64,000 bases of DNA from Gemmatimonadales bacterium (GCA_038321865.1 JBBQFH010000008.1:32001-96000); one strand, 5' to 3'. Shown: positions 1 through 9,917, counted from the stretch's first letter. Program-made: numbers and translations. The notes: generated from the sequence alone by a model not told the origin.

Positions 1-1
1 C

Positions 2-835
2 GGATCCGCAGACGGCACGCCGGTGCCGGGCGGCGACGCGGCGCCCTGGCGTGCGCTGCCGGTGGTGGCGCGCGGCGCACCATCCGAGGGTACGCTGAGG
101 GTGGGGTCCGATGCGTCGTATATCCAGATCGCATTGGAGATGGTGCCGCCCGACTGGCGTCGCGAGGGGATCGAGATCGGCATCGACACCTGGCGCTCGG
201 CCGCCGGGCAGCACCTGCTGCCGGCCTCCGGCCTGAGAAGCACTGTCGGCTTCGAGTTCCAGGTGAATCTGGCGGGGCCGGACAGCGGCGCCATCCGCGT
301 GGCGCCCTCGTACAACCGCTACGACGTTCCGGCCGACCCCGCGAGCGGCCGGGATTTCGGGCACTTCTTCCATCGCCCGGTCACGGTCAGCGACCGGGCC
401 GACGGGCGCTTCGATGCGATGCAGGTAACGGTCAACCGCTCGCGCTACGGGCGCGACGGCACCTTCTTTCCTGCGGCGACGGTGGACCGCGGGCGCCTCC
501 GCTATGGCAGCGCCGGCGCTTCGACCCTCTCCGACTGGTATTATGACTCGCGTGCCGGGCTGCTCGAGCTCCGGATCCCGTGGGACCTCCTGAACGTGAC
601 CGACCCGTCCACGCGGACGCTGCTCTTCGATCACGATTCGACCGGCGAGTTTGGCACGGTGCACGCCGACAGCTTTCATTTCGTCGTCGCGCGGTACGAC
701 AAGGCACGGCGGCGCGCCGCATCGACCCTCGGCCCGGCGGCGTGGACCTGGCAACCGTGGACCGTCCCCGTTTCCCACAGTCGGCTCAAGCCCGCGGCCG
801 ATTCGATGCGCGCCGTGTGGGGCGCGCTACCCTGA
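2..835 (+). CDS. C-terminal part (5' end outside window) of a probable exported glycoside hydrolase-like / polysaccharide-locus protein
   Basis: Open frame from the window edge to TGA at 835. The motif LLELRIPWDLLNVTDPS and the Trp-rich tail resemble, from memory, proteins found in EPS clusters. Same strand as and directly upstream of a TPR beta-barrel gene. Confidence 0.5.
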   Translation, partial: GSADGTPVPGGDAAPWRALPVVARGAPSEGTLRVGSDASYIQIALEMVPPDWRREGIEIGIDTWRSAAGQHLLPASGLRSTVGFEFQVNLAGPDSGAIRVAPSYNRYDVPADPASGRDFGHFFHRPVTVSDRADGRFDAMQVTVNRSRYGRDGTFFPAATVDRGRLRYGSAGASTLSDWYYDSRAGLLELRIPWDLLNVTDPSTRTLLFDHDSTGEFGTVHADSFHFVVARYDKARRRAASTLGPAAWTWQPWTVPVSHSRLKPAADSMRAVWGALP

Positions 836-848
836 ATCCGGAGCTTCG

Positions 849-2306
849 GTGATCCGACGCCTCACCCCGCTCGTGCTGCTGGCGCTGGCCGCCGGGCGCC
901 TCGACGCCCAGCTGCCCGAGGGCAACCGCGCGTGGGCCGCCGGGCGCTACGACGAGGCGCGTGCGGCGTACGAGCGCGTGCTTCAGGCCGATCCCCGGTC
1001 GGTGCGGGCGCTCTACCGGCTCGGCGTGCTGGCTTCGTGGCGAAACCAGCTTGATTCAGCACTCGTGCTGCTCAGGCGGGCGCGCGGAATCGAGCCGGAT
1101 GATCCGGATGTGCGGGTGAGTGAGGCCCAGGTGCTCGGCTGGCAGGGGCACCACGACGCGGCGATCGCGCGGTACGACAGCGTGCTGGCCGTCGACCCCG
1201 AGCGGCGCGATGCGCTGCTCGGGCGTGCCCGCGTCCTGGCCTGGGCCGAGCGCTATGCGGCCGCCGATTCCGGGTACCGGCTGATGCTGTTGAACGACCC
1301 GGAGGATGCGGACGCGCTGCTCGGCCGCGCCCAGCTGGCGCACTGGAACGGGCACGACGGCGCGGCAGGCGCATTCCTGGCCAGGGCGCTGGCGCGCGAC
1401 TCGTCAAACCGCGAGGCGCAAGCGCTCCGGCGCGAGCTCCACGCCGCCTCCGGCCCCGAGGCCGAAGCGACGGTCAACTGGAACAACGACTCCGACCACA
1501 ACACGAACTGGACCGAGGCACTGACGCTCTCTACCGGCATCGCGCCCGGCATCCGCGTCTTCGCGACCGGCGGATTGCAGCGGAGCAGCGATCCGGTGCG
1601 GAGCGCGAGCAGGCTGCTGGCGGAGAGCGGGCTCCAGCTGGCCATGGGCCGAGTCCGGCTCACCGCCGCGGCAGGCGGACGGGAGCTTCGGCCCGACGCG
1701 CTGCCCTCGAGATCAGTATTCACCTATCGGGCGGGCGCGGGATACCGCCCCGCGCGGGGACTCGACCTGGGTGCGACGTTCGCCCACTTGCCGCTGGACG
1801 AGACCGCACTCCTGATCGGGGGCGGGCTCGACATCGACGCGCTCGACGGAAGCGTGGAAGCGCGGCTGGCCCGGCGCCTCGCGCTCAGTCTGGGCGGGGG
1901 CGCCGCCTGGATCAGTGACGGCAACCGGCGCGTCTCCGCGGTGGCAGCACTGACCCACACGGCCACCCGGCACCTGTTCCTCGGCGCGTACGGCCGGCTG
2001 CTCGACTACGAGCAGCACGGGGTGGGTTACTTCTCGCCCGACCGATTCGTGCTGGCGGAGGCCCGCGGCGGCTATCTCGCCGCGGGCCACGGATGGGAAG
2101 GCCGTCTGAGCGGCGGAGCCGGCGTGCAGCACACGACTGGATCGTCGGCGCAGGGGGAGTGGCACGTCGAGGCCCGGATCGCGCGGCGGTGGAACACGCT
2201 CAACAGCGTCGAGCTGTTCGGCGGGGTGACCAACAGCGTGGCCAGCTCGGTCAACGGTGCGTTTCGCTACCGGTCGGCGGGCGCGCGGGTGCTCATCGGG
2301 TTCTGA
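849..2306 (+). CDS. TPR-repeat protein with C-terminal outer-membrane beta-barrel (PgaA/BcsC/YaiO-like architecture)
   Basis: GTG at 849; signal peptide (IRRLTPLVLLALAAGRLDA|Q); about 5 TPR-like repeats (e.g. YDEARAAYERVLQADPRS); alternating beta-strand pattern; terminal Phe (RVLIGF). Confidence 0.75.
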   Translation: MIRRLTPLVLLALAAGRLDAQLPEGNRAWAAGRYDEARAAYERVLQADPRSVRALYRLGVLASWRNQLDSALVLLRRARGIEPDDPDVRVSEAQVLGWQGHHDAAIARYDSVLAVDPERRDALLGRARVLAWAERYAAADSGYRLMLLNDPEDADALLGRAQLAHWNGHDGAAGAFLARALARDSSNREAQALRRELHAASGPEAEATVNWNNDSDHNTNWTEALTLSTGIAPGIRVFATGGLQRSSDPVRSASRLLAESGLQLAMGRVRLTAAAGGRELRPDALPSRSVFTYRAGAGYRPARGLDLGATFAHLPLDETALLIGGGLDIDALDGSVEARLARRLALSLGGGAAWISDGNRRVSAVAALTHTATRHLFLGAYGRLLDYEQHGVGYFSPDRFVLAEARGGYLAAGHGWEGRLSGGAGVQHTTGSSAQGEWHVEARIARRWNTLNSVELFGGVTNSVASSVNGAFRYRSAGARVLIGF

Positions 2307-3729
2307 TGCCGGGAATGTAGGTCTCGAAGAAGCCACGGCCGCTGTCCGACACCGCCGCGCCGGCCAGTCGGCCGGCCAGCACGAAGCGGCCGCGCATCTG
2401 CAGGAAATACCGCCTGAAATCAGCCGCACCCATCGCCGTCGCCAGCGCGTCCTCCACCACGACCGACAGGCGAACGGTATCGGCCTCCCGCGCCGCGAGC
2501 AGCTCGAACCGCTCGGGGCTCATGACGCCTGGCGTTGCCGTCGGCCGGGACCCGCTGTAGCGAATCGTCCTGAAGCGCACCACCTGGCGCGTGCCCAGCG
2601 AATCCACCACGGCCATGAAGAATGGCGAGCCGCCAGCGGCGGAGTCGGCGGCATAGACTCCGCCATAGAGCAGGTCGAGACTCCGGCCATGCGCCACTCC
2701 CCATTCCCACGTCACATCGCGCCACACCCCCCAGTTGTGATCGTGATAGGCAGGTGCGCCTGTCACCGACCGGCAGACGCCGCCGGTGCAGAAACGCCCG
2801 TCGGCGGTGCCGGCCAGGGCCGGCACCACGTAGCCGGAGACGAACGCGTCCGCCCGGAGCTCGGCCGGCGGAAAGTACCGGTGCGGTGAGGGGTGCAGCA
2901 CGAAGTCGATCTGGAGCCGCCCAGGCACTCGCGCGGAGAGGGTGTAGACACCACCGCGCTGCCGCACGATGTTGGGCCCGAGGGCGAGGTCTGCCGCCGC
3001 GGTGTCGAGTCGAACGCCGTCGGGTGCGATGGCCTCCGTGAAGCGCTCATAGCGTCCGTCGCTCCGCCGGTGTGTGACGATCAATTGCCCGCCCCAGCGC
3101 CCCGTGAGTACGGCGCCCCCGACGAGCATCGTCACATACCACCATTCCTGCGGACCAGTCACGATATTGAAGTAATGCCATTCGCCCCACGTCGAGTCGG
3201 GCACCGCCGGAAGGTGGAAGTGGTCGAGCTGGTCGTAGAGCTGCTGCGGTGTGGGTGCAACGTAGGCGAGGTCCGCCGGCGAGTCATCCCACGCGCCCGT
3301 GCGGACCTGGAGACCCGCGCCAACCGCCCTGGCGCGGCTCGGCACCTCGCCGCCGGCACGGACGACGACGGTCCGGCTACCCGCGTGGAGGTAGAGCAGC
3401 TTGTTCTCGATCACTGGCGCGACCGCGCGGATCACGCCGGCCTCGCGCGGGCCGCCCAGAATCTGGCGCGTCACGTACCGCGCGCGGTCGATGCCGAAGA
3501 ACATGCCGCTGATCCCACCAGTGCGCATCGCCTCCAGGTCGATGCCCTGCGGCAGCACGGTGAGCTCGCCGCCACCGACCAGCGCCACGTCGCGCGACTG
3601 CGTCAGCATCGCCTCGCCGACGGACAGCAGGACGATCATCACCCCGACCCCGATGGCGAACCCCGCCAGCAGCACCAGCGACCGCGCCTTGCGGACAGCC
3701 AGATGCCGGAACGCGAGGATCAGCAGCAT
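2293..3729 (-). CDS. Fusion of a MacB-like permease N-terminal half (TM1 plus partial periplasmic domain) with an AttH/CrtC lipocalin-like domain
   Basis: N-terminus LAFRHLAVRKARSLVLLAGFAIGVGVMIVLLSVGE is typical MacB TM1. Later motifs WGEWHYFN, YHDHNWG and WEWG resemble AttH/CrtC-type proteins. No C-terminal FtsX helices. Confidence 0.7.
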   Translation of the reverse strand: MLLILAFRHLAVRKARSLVLLAGFAIGVGVMIVLLSVGEAMLTQSRDVALVGGGELTVLPQGIDLEAMRTGGISGMFFGIDRARYVTRQILGGPREAGVIRAVAPVIENKLLYLHAGSRTVVVRAGGEVPSRARAVGAGLQVRTGAWDDSPADLAYVAPTPQQLYDQLDHFHLPAVPDSTWGEWHYFNIVTGPQEWWYVTMLVGGAVLTGRWGGQLIVTHRRSDGRYERFTEAIAPDGVRLDTAAADLALGPNIVRQRGGVYTLSARVPGRLQIDFVLHPSPHRYFPPAELRADAFVSGYVVPALAGTADGRFCTGGVCRSVTGAPAYHDHNWGVWRDVTWEWGVAHGRSLDLLYGGVYAADSAAGGSPFFMAVVDSLGTRQVVRFRTIRYSGSRPTATPGVMSPERFELLAAREADTVRLSVVVEDALATAMGAADFRRYFLQMRGRFVLAGRLAGAAVSDSGRGFFETYIPGIRTR

Positions 3730-4397
3730 CAGCCGCGCACGCAGCCGTCGAGCATGTGCACCACGCGCCCCGCCTCTGCCGCCAGCCGATCATCGTGGGT
3801 GACGACGACCAGCGTGGTGCCGTCGGCGTTCAGCCGCCGGAACAGCGCGAGGATTTCGGCACCCGTCGCCGCATCGAGCTCGCCGGTCGGCTCGTCGGCG
3901 AGGAGCATCGCGGGCCGGTTCGCCAGCGCCCGCGCAATCGCGACTCGCTGCATCTCGCCGCCGGAGAGCTGCGTCGGCCGGTGCCCTGCCCTGTCACGCA
4001 GGCCGACGTACTCCAGCAGCTCGGCGGCCCGCTCCCGCCGTTCCCGCCGGCCGACGCCGGCCTCGGCCATCGGGAGCTCGACATTTTCGCTCGCGGTGAG
4101 CACCGGCAGCAGGTGGAACCGCTGAAAGACGAAGCCGAGCCGGAGGAGCCGGAGCCGGGTGAGCGCGCTGTCTCCGAGCGTCTCCAGGTGCGTGCCAAGC
4201 AGCGCGACCGATCCGGAGGACGGCGTGTCGATGCCGCCCATGAGCTGCAGCAGCGTGGACTTCCCGCTTCCCGACGGCCCGACGATGGCGACGTACTCGC
4301 CGGCCTCGATGTCGAGCGAGACGCCGCGGAGCGCGTGCACCGTTTCGCCGTTCATCGGGTAGTCCTTCTTCAGCTCCCTCGCGCTGAGAACGGTCAT
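3729..4397 (-). CDS. ABC transporter ATP-binding protein (LolD/MacB family)
   Basis: Walker A GPSGSGKS, signature LSGGE, Walker B LLADEPTGELD, H-loop VTHD. ATG at 4397 overlaps the upstream stop (ATGA). Confidence 0.95.
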   Translation of the reverse strand: MTVLSARELKKDYPMNGETVHALRGVSLDIEAGEYVAIVGPSGSGKSTLLQLMGGIDTPSSGSVALLGTHLETLGDSALTRLRLLRLGFVFQRFHLLPVLTASENVELPMAEAGVGRRERRERAAELLEYVGLRDRAGHRPTQLSGGEMQRVAIARALANRPAMLLADEPTGELDAATGAEILALFRRLNADGTTLVVVTHDDRLAAEAGRVVHMLDGCVRG

Positions 4398-5584
4398 GTC
4401 GCCTCGGCGCGCAGCGTCGCCGCGATGGGGGCCCGGGCGGCGAGCCATGCGGGGTAGAGACCGGCGAGCGAGCCGGTCACGAGGAGGATGGCTCCGGCCA
4501 GCGCGATCGCGTCGGCCCGCGGGACGAAGAACGAGAAGGCCGCCGGGAGCCCGGGGAAGCTGGTGAGAATGGCGTCGAGGTAGCGGGCAGTCGCAAGTCC
4601 GAGAACGACGCCGACCGCGGCGCCGGCGGCCGTGAGCGCCGCGCCTTCGGTCAGCACCTGCGTGACGATACGGTGCCGGCTCACACCGATGGCGCGGAGC
4701 GTGGCGATCTCCCCCAGGCGCTCGTTGACGGTGATGGTGAGGAGCGTCGCCACCAGCAGCACGGTGACGACCAGGCTCACCGTGCCGAGGATGTAGGAGA
4801 GCTGGCGGAAGTAGACCATGCGTTCACGGAATGATGCGACCAGGTCGGCCACGCTGCTGATTTCGAGGCGAGGGAAGCTGCGGCTCAGACGTGCGGCGGT
4901 GGCCGCCACGTCGGCGCCGTCGCGCACCTTCACGACGACGAGTGATGCGCGATCGGTCGCGGCGGGGCCCAGCACGGACTGCAGCGCCGCGAGGGTGAGG
5001 CCGACGGACCGCTGACCCCGATAGTCGTAGAGCCAGCGGACGATGCCGCGCACCACGAACGGATGCTCACCCCGGCTGCCGGACATCTGGGGATCGAGCC
5101 GGCCCGTGAGCCCTAGCGTGTCGCCCGGCTGCGCTTTGAGCAGGCCGGCGGCGGCGCGGCTGAGGAGCAGCCCGGCCGTATCATCGGGCGCCAGGTCGCG
5201 CCCGGACTCGAGCTGATAGAGTGCCTGCGCGTTCGGCTCGATGCCGTAGGCTACCACGGTCCTCAGCGTATCCGACCGGGCGGCATACAGGTTGGCACCG
5301 AGCACGCCGCCGGCGGCGGCGACGTCGGGTTGGTCGCGCAGGCTCCGGACGATCGCCGCCGCGCCGGAGAGCGAAGCTTCGGTATCGAACGGCAGCGTTC
5401 CCTTCGGGGTCACCCGGATCTGATATCCGCGCCCGCTGAGGAGCCGGGCGAACGATCGCTCGATGCCGCCGCTCAGCATGACCATGTCGAGCAGCATCGC
5501 CGACGCCACCGCGATGCCCGCAAGTGACAGCGCCATCCGGAGAGGCTGGCGAAAGAGGTTCCGGACGCCGAGGCCGGCGGCCAT
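4394..5584 (-). CDS. ABC transporter permease (intact MacB/FtsX family)
   Basis: TM1, periplasmic domain, then ERLGEIATLRAIG motif and three C-terminal TM helices; ends PIAATLRAE. Confidence 0.9.
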   Translation of the reverse strand: MAAGLGVRNLFRQPLRMALSLAGIAVASAMLLDMVMLSGGIERSFARLLSGRGYQIRVTPKGTLPFDTEASLSGAAAIVRSLRDQPDVAAAGGVLGANLYAARSDTLRTVVAYGIEPNAQALYQLESGRDLAPDDTAGLLLSRAAAGLLKAQPGDTLGLTGRLDPQMSGSRGEHPFVVRGIVRWLYDYRGQRSVGLTLAALQSVLGPAATDRASLVVVKVRDGADVAATAARLSRSFPRLEISSVADLVASFRERMVYFRQLSYILGTVSLVVTVLLVATLLTITVNERLGEIATLRAIGVSRHRIVTQVLTEGAALTAAGAAVGVVLGLATARYLDAILTSFPGLPAAFSFFVPRADAIALAGAILLVTGSLAGLYPAWLAARAPIAATLRAEAT

Positions 5585-6393
5585 CAGCCGCGGCCCCAGA
5601 GCGTCATGGGGCGGGTCCGCACCAGGCGAAGCGCGGCGAGCGCGCCGGCACCGAGCCCCAGCACGAGCGACAGGCTGACGCTGAACATCACGATGGACGG
5701 CGTGATGAGCGAGAAGACGAGCCGGGTGGAGAAGAACCGCTGGTAGTAGGCGTTGGTGAGCGAGCCCGCGGCAAAGGCGACGCCGATGCCGAGAGCTGAG
5801 CCGGCCAGCGCCACCGCCGCCGACTCGAGCACGAGGGCGCCGAAAATGGTGCGCCGGCGCACGCCGACGAAGCGCATGACCGCCGCATCCGAGCGGCGCT
5901 CCTCGACCTTGAGCAGCATGATGCAGAGCAGGAAGACGGCGCTCGCCACGATGCTGATGACGGCGATCGCCCGATGAAAGCGGCTGACCACGAGAAAGGT
6001 CTGGGACGACTCGGCCGCGATCGTCGCGGAGGGAAAGGCGCGGAAGCCGAACGCGATCCGGTTGAGACGAGCGGCGACGCTGTCGCCACCGGCGCCGGGC
6101 ACCAGGGCGATGCCGAAGCGGTCGACCCGATCCGGTGCGCCGAGGAGCCCGGCCAGATCGGGAAGGTGCATGCGGATCCGGTACTCGCGCTTCAGCACTG
6201 AGGCCGGGTCGGGCGCCGCTTCGTATTCCGCGACGATCACGGCGCGGATCGGCATCGAGCCGGCGCCGGTCCCCAGTGCGACGGTATCGCCGACCCGCAG
6301 CCCGAGATCCGCCGCGAGCCGGCGCTCGACCGCCACCTGCGCGGGCTGGGGCAGCTGCGGCGAACCGGCTAGCGCCAAAAGAACGAGGAGCAT
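5584..6393 (-). CDS. ABC permease C-terminal half (partial periplasmic domain plus FtsX TM helices) with its own short hydrophobic leader
   Basis: LAADLGLRVGDTV periplasmic motif, ERRSDAAVMRFVG motif, three TM helices; lacks MacB TM1. Confidence 0.8.
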   Translation of the reverse strand: MLLVLLALAGSPQLPQPAQVAVERRLAADLGLRVGDTVALGTGAGSMPIRAVIVAEYEAAPDPASVLKREYRIRMHLPDLAGLLGAPDRVDRFGIALVPGAGGDSVAARLNRIAFGFRAFPSATIAAESSQTFLVVSRFHRAIAVISIVASAVFLLCIMLLKVEERRSDAAVMRFVGVRRRTIFGALVLESAAVALAGSALGIGVAFAAGSLTNAYYQRFFSTRLVFSLITPSIVMFSVSLSLVLGLGAGALAALRLVRTRPMTLWGRG

Positions 6394-6430
6394 CGGGGGT
6401 GCGTACCCGGCGGCGCCGGGCCGGTTCCGC

Positions 6431-8842
6431 CTACTTCGCCTGCAGCGCCCGGGCCATGGCCGCCTTCACCGTCACCCGCGGCTCCTTGGCCATCGCGCGC
6501 TCGAGTGTCGTGCGGCCGGCCGCGCCTCCGACCTGCCCGACTACGCGCGCCGCCTGAACGGCAAAGAGCGGGTCGTAATCATCGAGCCCCCGGGTGGCGA
6601 CCGCGGCGGCCCGGCTGACATCCGGCAGATGAGTCAGCGCATCGAGAGCCGCGCCGCGGAGATTCCGCGGCTCGCTCGGCGCCGTGAGCTTCTCGAGCGC
6701 ATCCGCCGCGCGGGGATCCTTCAGCCGCCCAAGATGAAATGCGGCGGTCTGCCGGAGGTTGGTCGGCAGCCCGACGGCAGTGGCCGCGATCAGGTCCGGC
6801 ACCGCGCCGGCGCCGGCACCGCGCGCGTAGACCGTGAGCGCGGCGCCGCGCACGTCGTCATTGGGGTCGGCCTGGATCATCGCCCGCGCGGTGGCCGTCG
6901 CACCGAGCGAGTCGAGCCGGATCAGTGCCAGGATCGCGGTGGCGCGAACGCCGCTGTCGGGGTCGCGGAGCGCCGAGCGGACGGCATCCAGCCCCTCGGG
7001 TGACTTGTCAGCCTGCATCTGCGACACGGCGACCGCGCGGAGCGTGCCGCTGGCCTCGTTGAGCACGATGAATCGCCGCGCCGACACGGCGGCGCTGTCA
7101 GCCGAACGGTCCAGCTGCCGGAGGGCCCAGTTGCGCGCCGCCCAGTCGAGGTCGTGCCGGGCAAGTTCCGCAAGCTCGGCCGGCGTCTGGTCGGTGGTGA
7201 CGGCGCCGAGCAGCCAGCCGCCCTCGTCGAAGCGGAACGTCACCGGGGCTTCGGGCAGCGCCAGCGGGAAAGTCTCGTTCTGCCGGGTCACCATGATCTC
7301 CCGCCGCACCACCGAATCATGGGTCACGATGCGCACCGTGACCGGGAAGCGGAAGAGCGGATGGGTCGCGTCGATCGGCTGGGTCTGTTCGACCGTAACG
7401 GCGAGCGTCTTCGCGGCCGGGTCCCAGCGGCGGCCGACTTTCACCTTCGGGTAGCCGATGCCGTAGGCCCACTGGTCGAAGAACCAGTCGAGGTCCCGAT
7501 TGGCCGTCTTCTCGAACGCGATCGCGTAGTCGGCGGTGGTCACCGGCTGGTAGGCGTTGTCGGTGAGGAAGCGGTGCATGCCGGCCCAGAACAGCGAGTC
7601 ACCGAGCAGGCGCCGGAGCTGGTGCGCCACCTGGGCGCCCTTCGGATAGACGTGGCCGCTGAAGAAGAGCACGATCGGGTCGTCGCCCTCATAGGTGCCC
7701 CACACCAGCGGGCGCTGCTGGTTCAGGTCGGCCTGCATGGCCTGCTGCTGCTGGCCGTACCATGACTGCTGGCCCGCATCCCAGCCGCGGCTCTTCTCGT
7801 TCTGCACCGATTCCATGTAGGTGGTGAGGCCCTCGTTGAGCCAGATATGCGCCCAGGTAGCGGCGGTCGTCAGGTCGCCGAACCACTGGTGAGCCAGCTC
7901 GTGCGCGTTGAGCCCGCGGCCGGAACTCTCCGGCTCGCCGCCGGCGGCGTGCAGGACGAGGTCGGTCTGGGTCGTGGCGGACACGTTTTCCATCCCGCCG
8001 AAGGTGAAATCGGGAATCACCGCCTGCGAGTACTTGGCCCACGGATAGTTGACGCCCAGCACCCGGGAATAGATCTCGATCATCGACGGCGTTTCGCCGA
8101 ACGTCCGCAGCGCGGCGGCGGTGGTGTCGGGATCGACCCAGTACTCGACCGGGATGCCGCGCCAGTTGTCCTGGAGCACCGCGAACGGCCCCACCACCAC
8201 CGAATACAGATAGGTGGACGCCGGCTTCTCCTGCGCCCAGTGCCAGATCTGCCCGCCACGCGGCGACGGCGTCACGCCCACCAGGCGGCCGTTCGACAGC
8301 ACCTTGAGTCCGGTGTCGGCGGTGACGTAGAAATCCCACGTCGTCTTGTCGTTGGCGGCGTCGTAGGTGGGAACCCAGTTGCGGGTCTCCGTCGCCTCAC
8401 CCTGCGACCAGATCACCCGGCGCCGGGGCACGAAGTAGATCCCGCGCTCGGGCACGGTGTGGTAGCGCACCGTCATGACGACGGTATCGCCAGCACGCGC
8501 CGCGCGGGCCAGTCGCACGGTGACGTGCGAAGTGTCGAAGGTGAAGCGGAGCGCCTTGCCGCGGGCGTCGGTCGCTCCATCGATCGTGAGGTTGCCGGCA
8601 TCGAGCCGCACCGTGTCCGTCGCCGCGCGGAGCGCGAGGCGCGTCTGCACGGTGCCGGTCACCATCCGCCGTGCCATGTCGAACGAGACATCCACCCGCT
8701 GGTGGACCAGATCGAAGGCGGGAGCCCGCAACGGCCACGCGTGGGGCGGCGCATACTCACCGATACGACCGGCGCGCGGCTGCTGCGCAGTGAGCGTCGT
8801 GGCAAGCAGCATCAGGCAGGCGGCGGGGGCGATTCGGCGCAT
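6431..8842 (-). CDS. Exported M1 family aminopeptidase with C-terminal HEAT repeats
   Basis: GGMEN exopeptidase motif; HELAH-x18-E zinc motif (WLNEG); YPKGA; HEAT-like repeats (ALRDPDSGVRATAILAL); signal peptide from ATG 8842. Confidence 0.92.
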   Translation of the reverse strand: MRRIAPAACLMLLATTLTAQQPRAGRIGEYAPPHAWPLRAPAFDLVHQRVDVSFDMARRMVTGTVQTRLALRAATDTVRLDAGNLTIDGATDARGKALRFTFDTSHVTVRLARAARAGDTVVMTVRYHTVPERGIYFVPRRRVIWSQGEATETRNWVPTYDAANDKTTWDFYVTADTGLKVLSNGRLVGVTPSPRGGQIWHWAQEKPASTYLYSVVVGPFAVLQDNWRGIPVEYWVDPDTTAAALRTFGETPSMIEIYSRVLGVNYPWAKYSQAVIPDFTFGGMENVSATTQTDLVLHAAGGEPESSGRGLNAHELAHQWFGDLTTAATWAHIWLNEGLTTYMESVQNEKSRGWDAGQQSWYGQQQQAMQADLNQQRPLVWGTYEGDDPIVLFFSGHVYPKGAQVAHQLRRLLGDSLFWAGMHRFLTDNAYQPVTTADYAIAFEKTANRDLDWFFDQWAYGIGYPKVKVGRRWDPAAKTLAVTVEQTQPIDATHPLFRFPVTVRIVTHDSVVRREIMVTRQNETFPLALPEAPVTFRFDEGGWLLGAVTTDQTPAELAELARHDLDWAARNWALRQLDRSADSAAVSARRFIVLNEASGTLRAVAVSQMQADKSPEGLDAVRSALRDPDSGVRATAILALIRLDSLGATATARAMIQADPNDDVRGAALTVYARGAGAGAVPDLIAATAVGLPTNLRQTAAFHLGRLKDPRAADALEKLTAPSEPRNLRGAALDALTHLPDVSRAAAVATRGLDDYDPLFAVQAARVVGQVGGAAGRTTLERAMAKEPRVTVKAAMARALQAK

Positions 8843-9019
8843 CAGGACGACTCCGGGTACGGGAGAGTGCGGGCGACGCCGGACAGTAACCGGTCCCACT
8901 GCGGGAGTCGAGCGCATGTGACGTGGGTCCGAGTGGGAGGCGGGGCGCAGCCCGAGATTGGAGGCGCTGCGCCAAATTGGCGCACGGCTCGCCTGTAACC
9001 CGCGGTCAAGGAGTCACCC

Positions 9020-9361
9020 GTGCACCTCCCGACCCTGCTGCTGCTCATCCTCGTTCAGGCGCCGGGATCAACCCCTGACGACAGCTTGCTCATCGCGGTT
9101 TCGAGCCAGCCGCGCCGGCTTCGCCTGGGCGGGCGCCACGGCGCCGGGCCACGAAGGTATCGGGAGCGCCGAGCTGGACAGCAAGCGGCGCAAGCACCGC
9201 ACGATCGCGATCACGTCGATGGGAATTTCGCTGACGCGGATCGAGCGCACGGTCAGCCCGGGCGTGCCCGACAACTGGAACAGGCTGCGCACGGTTTCGG
9301 CCGTGACCTCTTCCTCTGGTTCGCGATCGTGCTGGTGAGCACGATGCTGGCGGCAATCTGA
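9020..9361 (+). pseudogene. Probable decayed or mosaic gene remnant upstream of the Rieske gene
   Basis: Protein-like sequence with G/C third positions switches frame twice: a signal-like start in one frame, AGFAWAGATAP...HRTIAITSMGISL...WNRLRTVSAV in another, then LFLWFAIVLVSTMLAAI back in the first. Confidence 0.4.
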
Positions 9362-9386
9362 TCCATTCAAGTTGAGGGAACTACCG

Positions 9387-9917
9387 ATGGCGCTTCCGGA
9401 CTCGCCGCAAAACGACGCGGCCGATGACTGCACCGACTGCCCACTGAGCGGGCGCCGCTCATTTCTCCGTGACGCGGCCGCGCTGGTGGGCGCCGCCGTC
9501 CTCGGGCTCGGCGGCGCGCCGAGTGCCGCGAGCGCGATGTCGGTGAGGCTGGTGCGGGCCCTGGGGGTGAACGGAGACGAACGGAGCTACCCGATTCCGG
9601 CGGCCGATGGCGCCACGATCGACCGCGACGCCGAAGTCATCATCATGCGGTTCCAGCAACACCGCTACGCCTTCTCGCTCTCCTGCCCTCACCAGCACAC
9701 CGCACTTCGGTGGATGGCGGCCGAAGGACGGTTCCAGTGTCCCAAGCATCACTCGCGCTACCAGCCCGACGGGCTCTTCATCTCCGGCCGGGCCACGCGC
9801 AACATGGACCGCTTCGCGCTCCGGAAGGACGACGGGAAGCTGGTCGTCGATCTGGAGAAGCTGTACCGCGCCGACAAGAACCCGGCGGAGTGGAGCGCGG
9901 CCAGCGTCGCCGCCTGA
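9387..9917 (+). CDS. Tat-exported Rieske [2Fe-2S] protein
   Basis: Twin-arginine signal SGRRSFL; Rieske boxes CPHQH and CPKHHS. Confidence 0.88.
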   Translation: MALPDSPQNDAADDCTDCPLSGRRSFLRDAAALVGAAVLGLGGAPSAASAMSVRLVRALGVNGDERSYPIPAADGATIDRDAEVIIMRFQQHRYAFSLSCPHQHTALRWMAAEGRFQCPKHHSRYQPDGLFISGRATRNMDRFALRKDDGKLVVDLEKLYRADKNPAEWSAASVAA

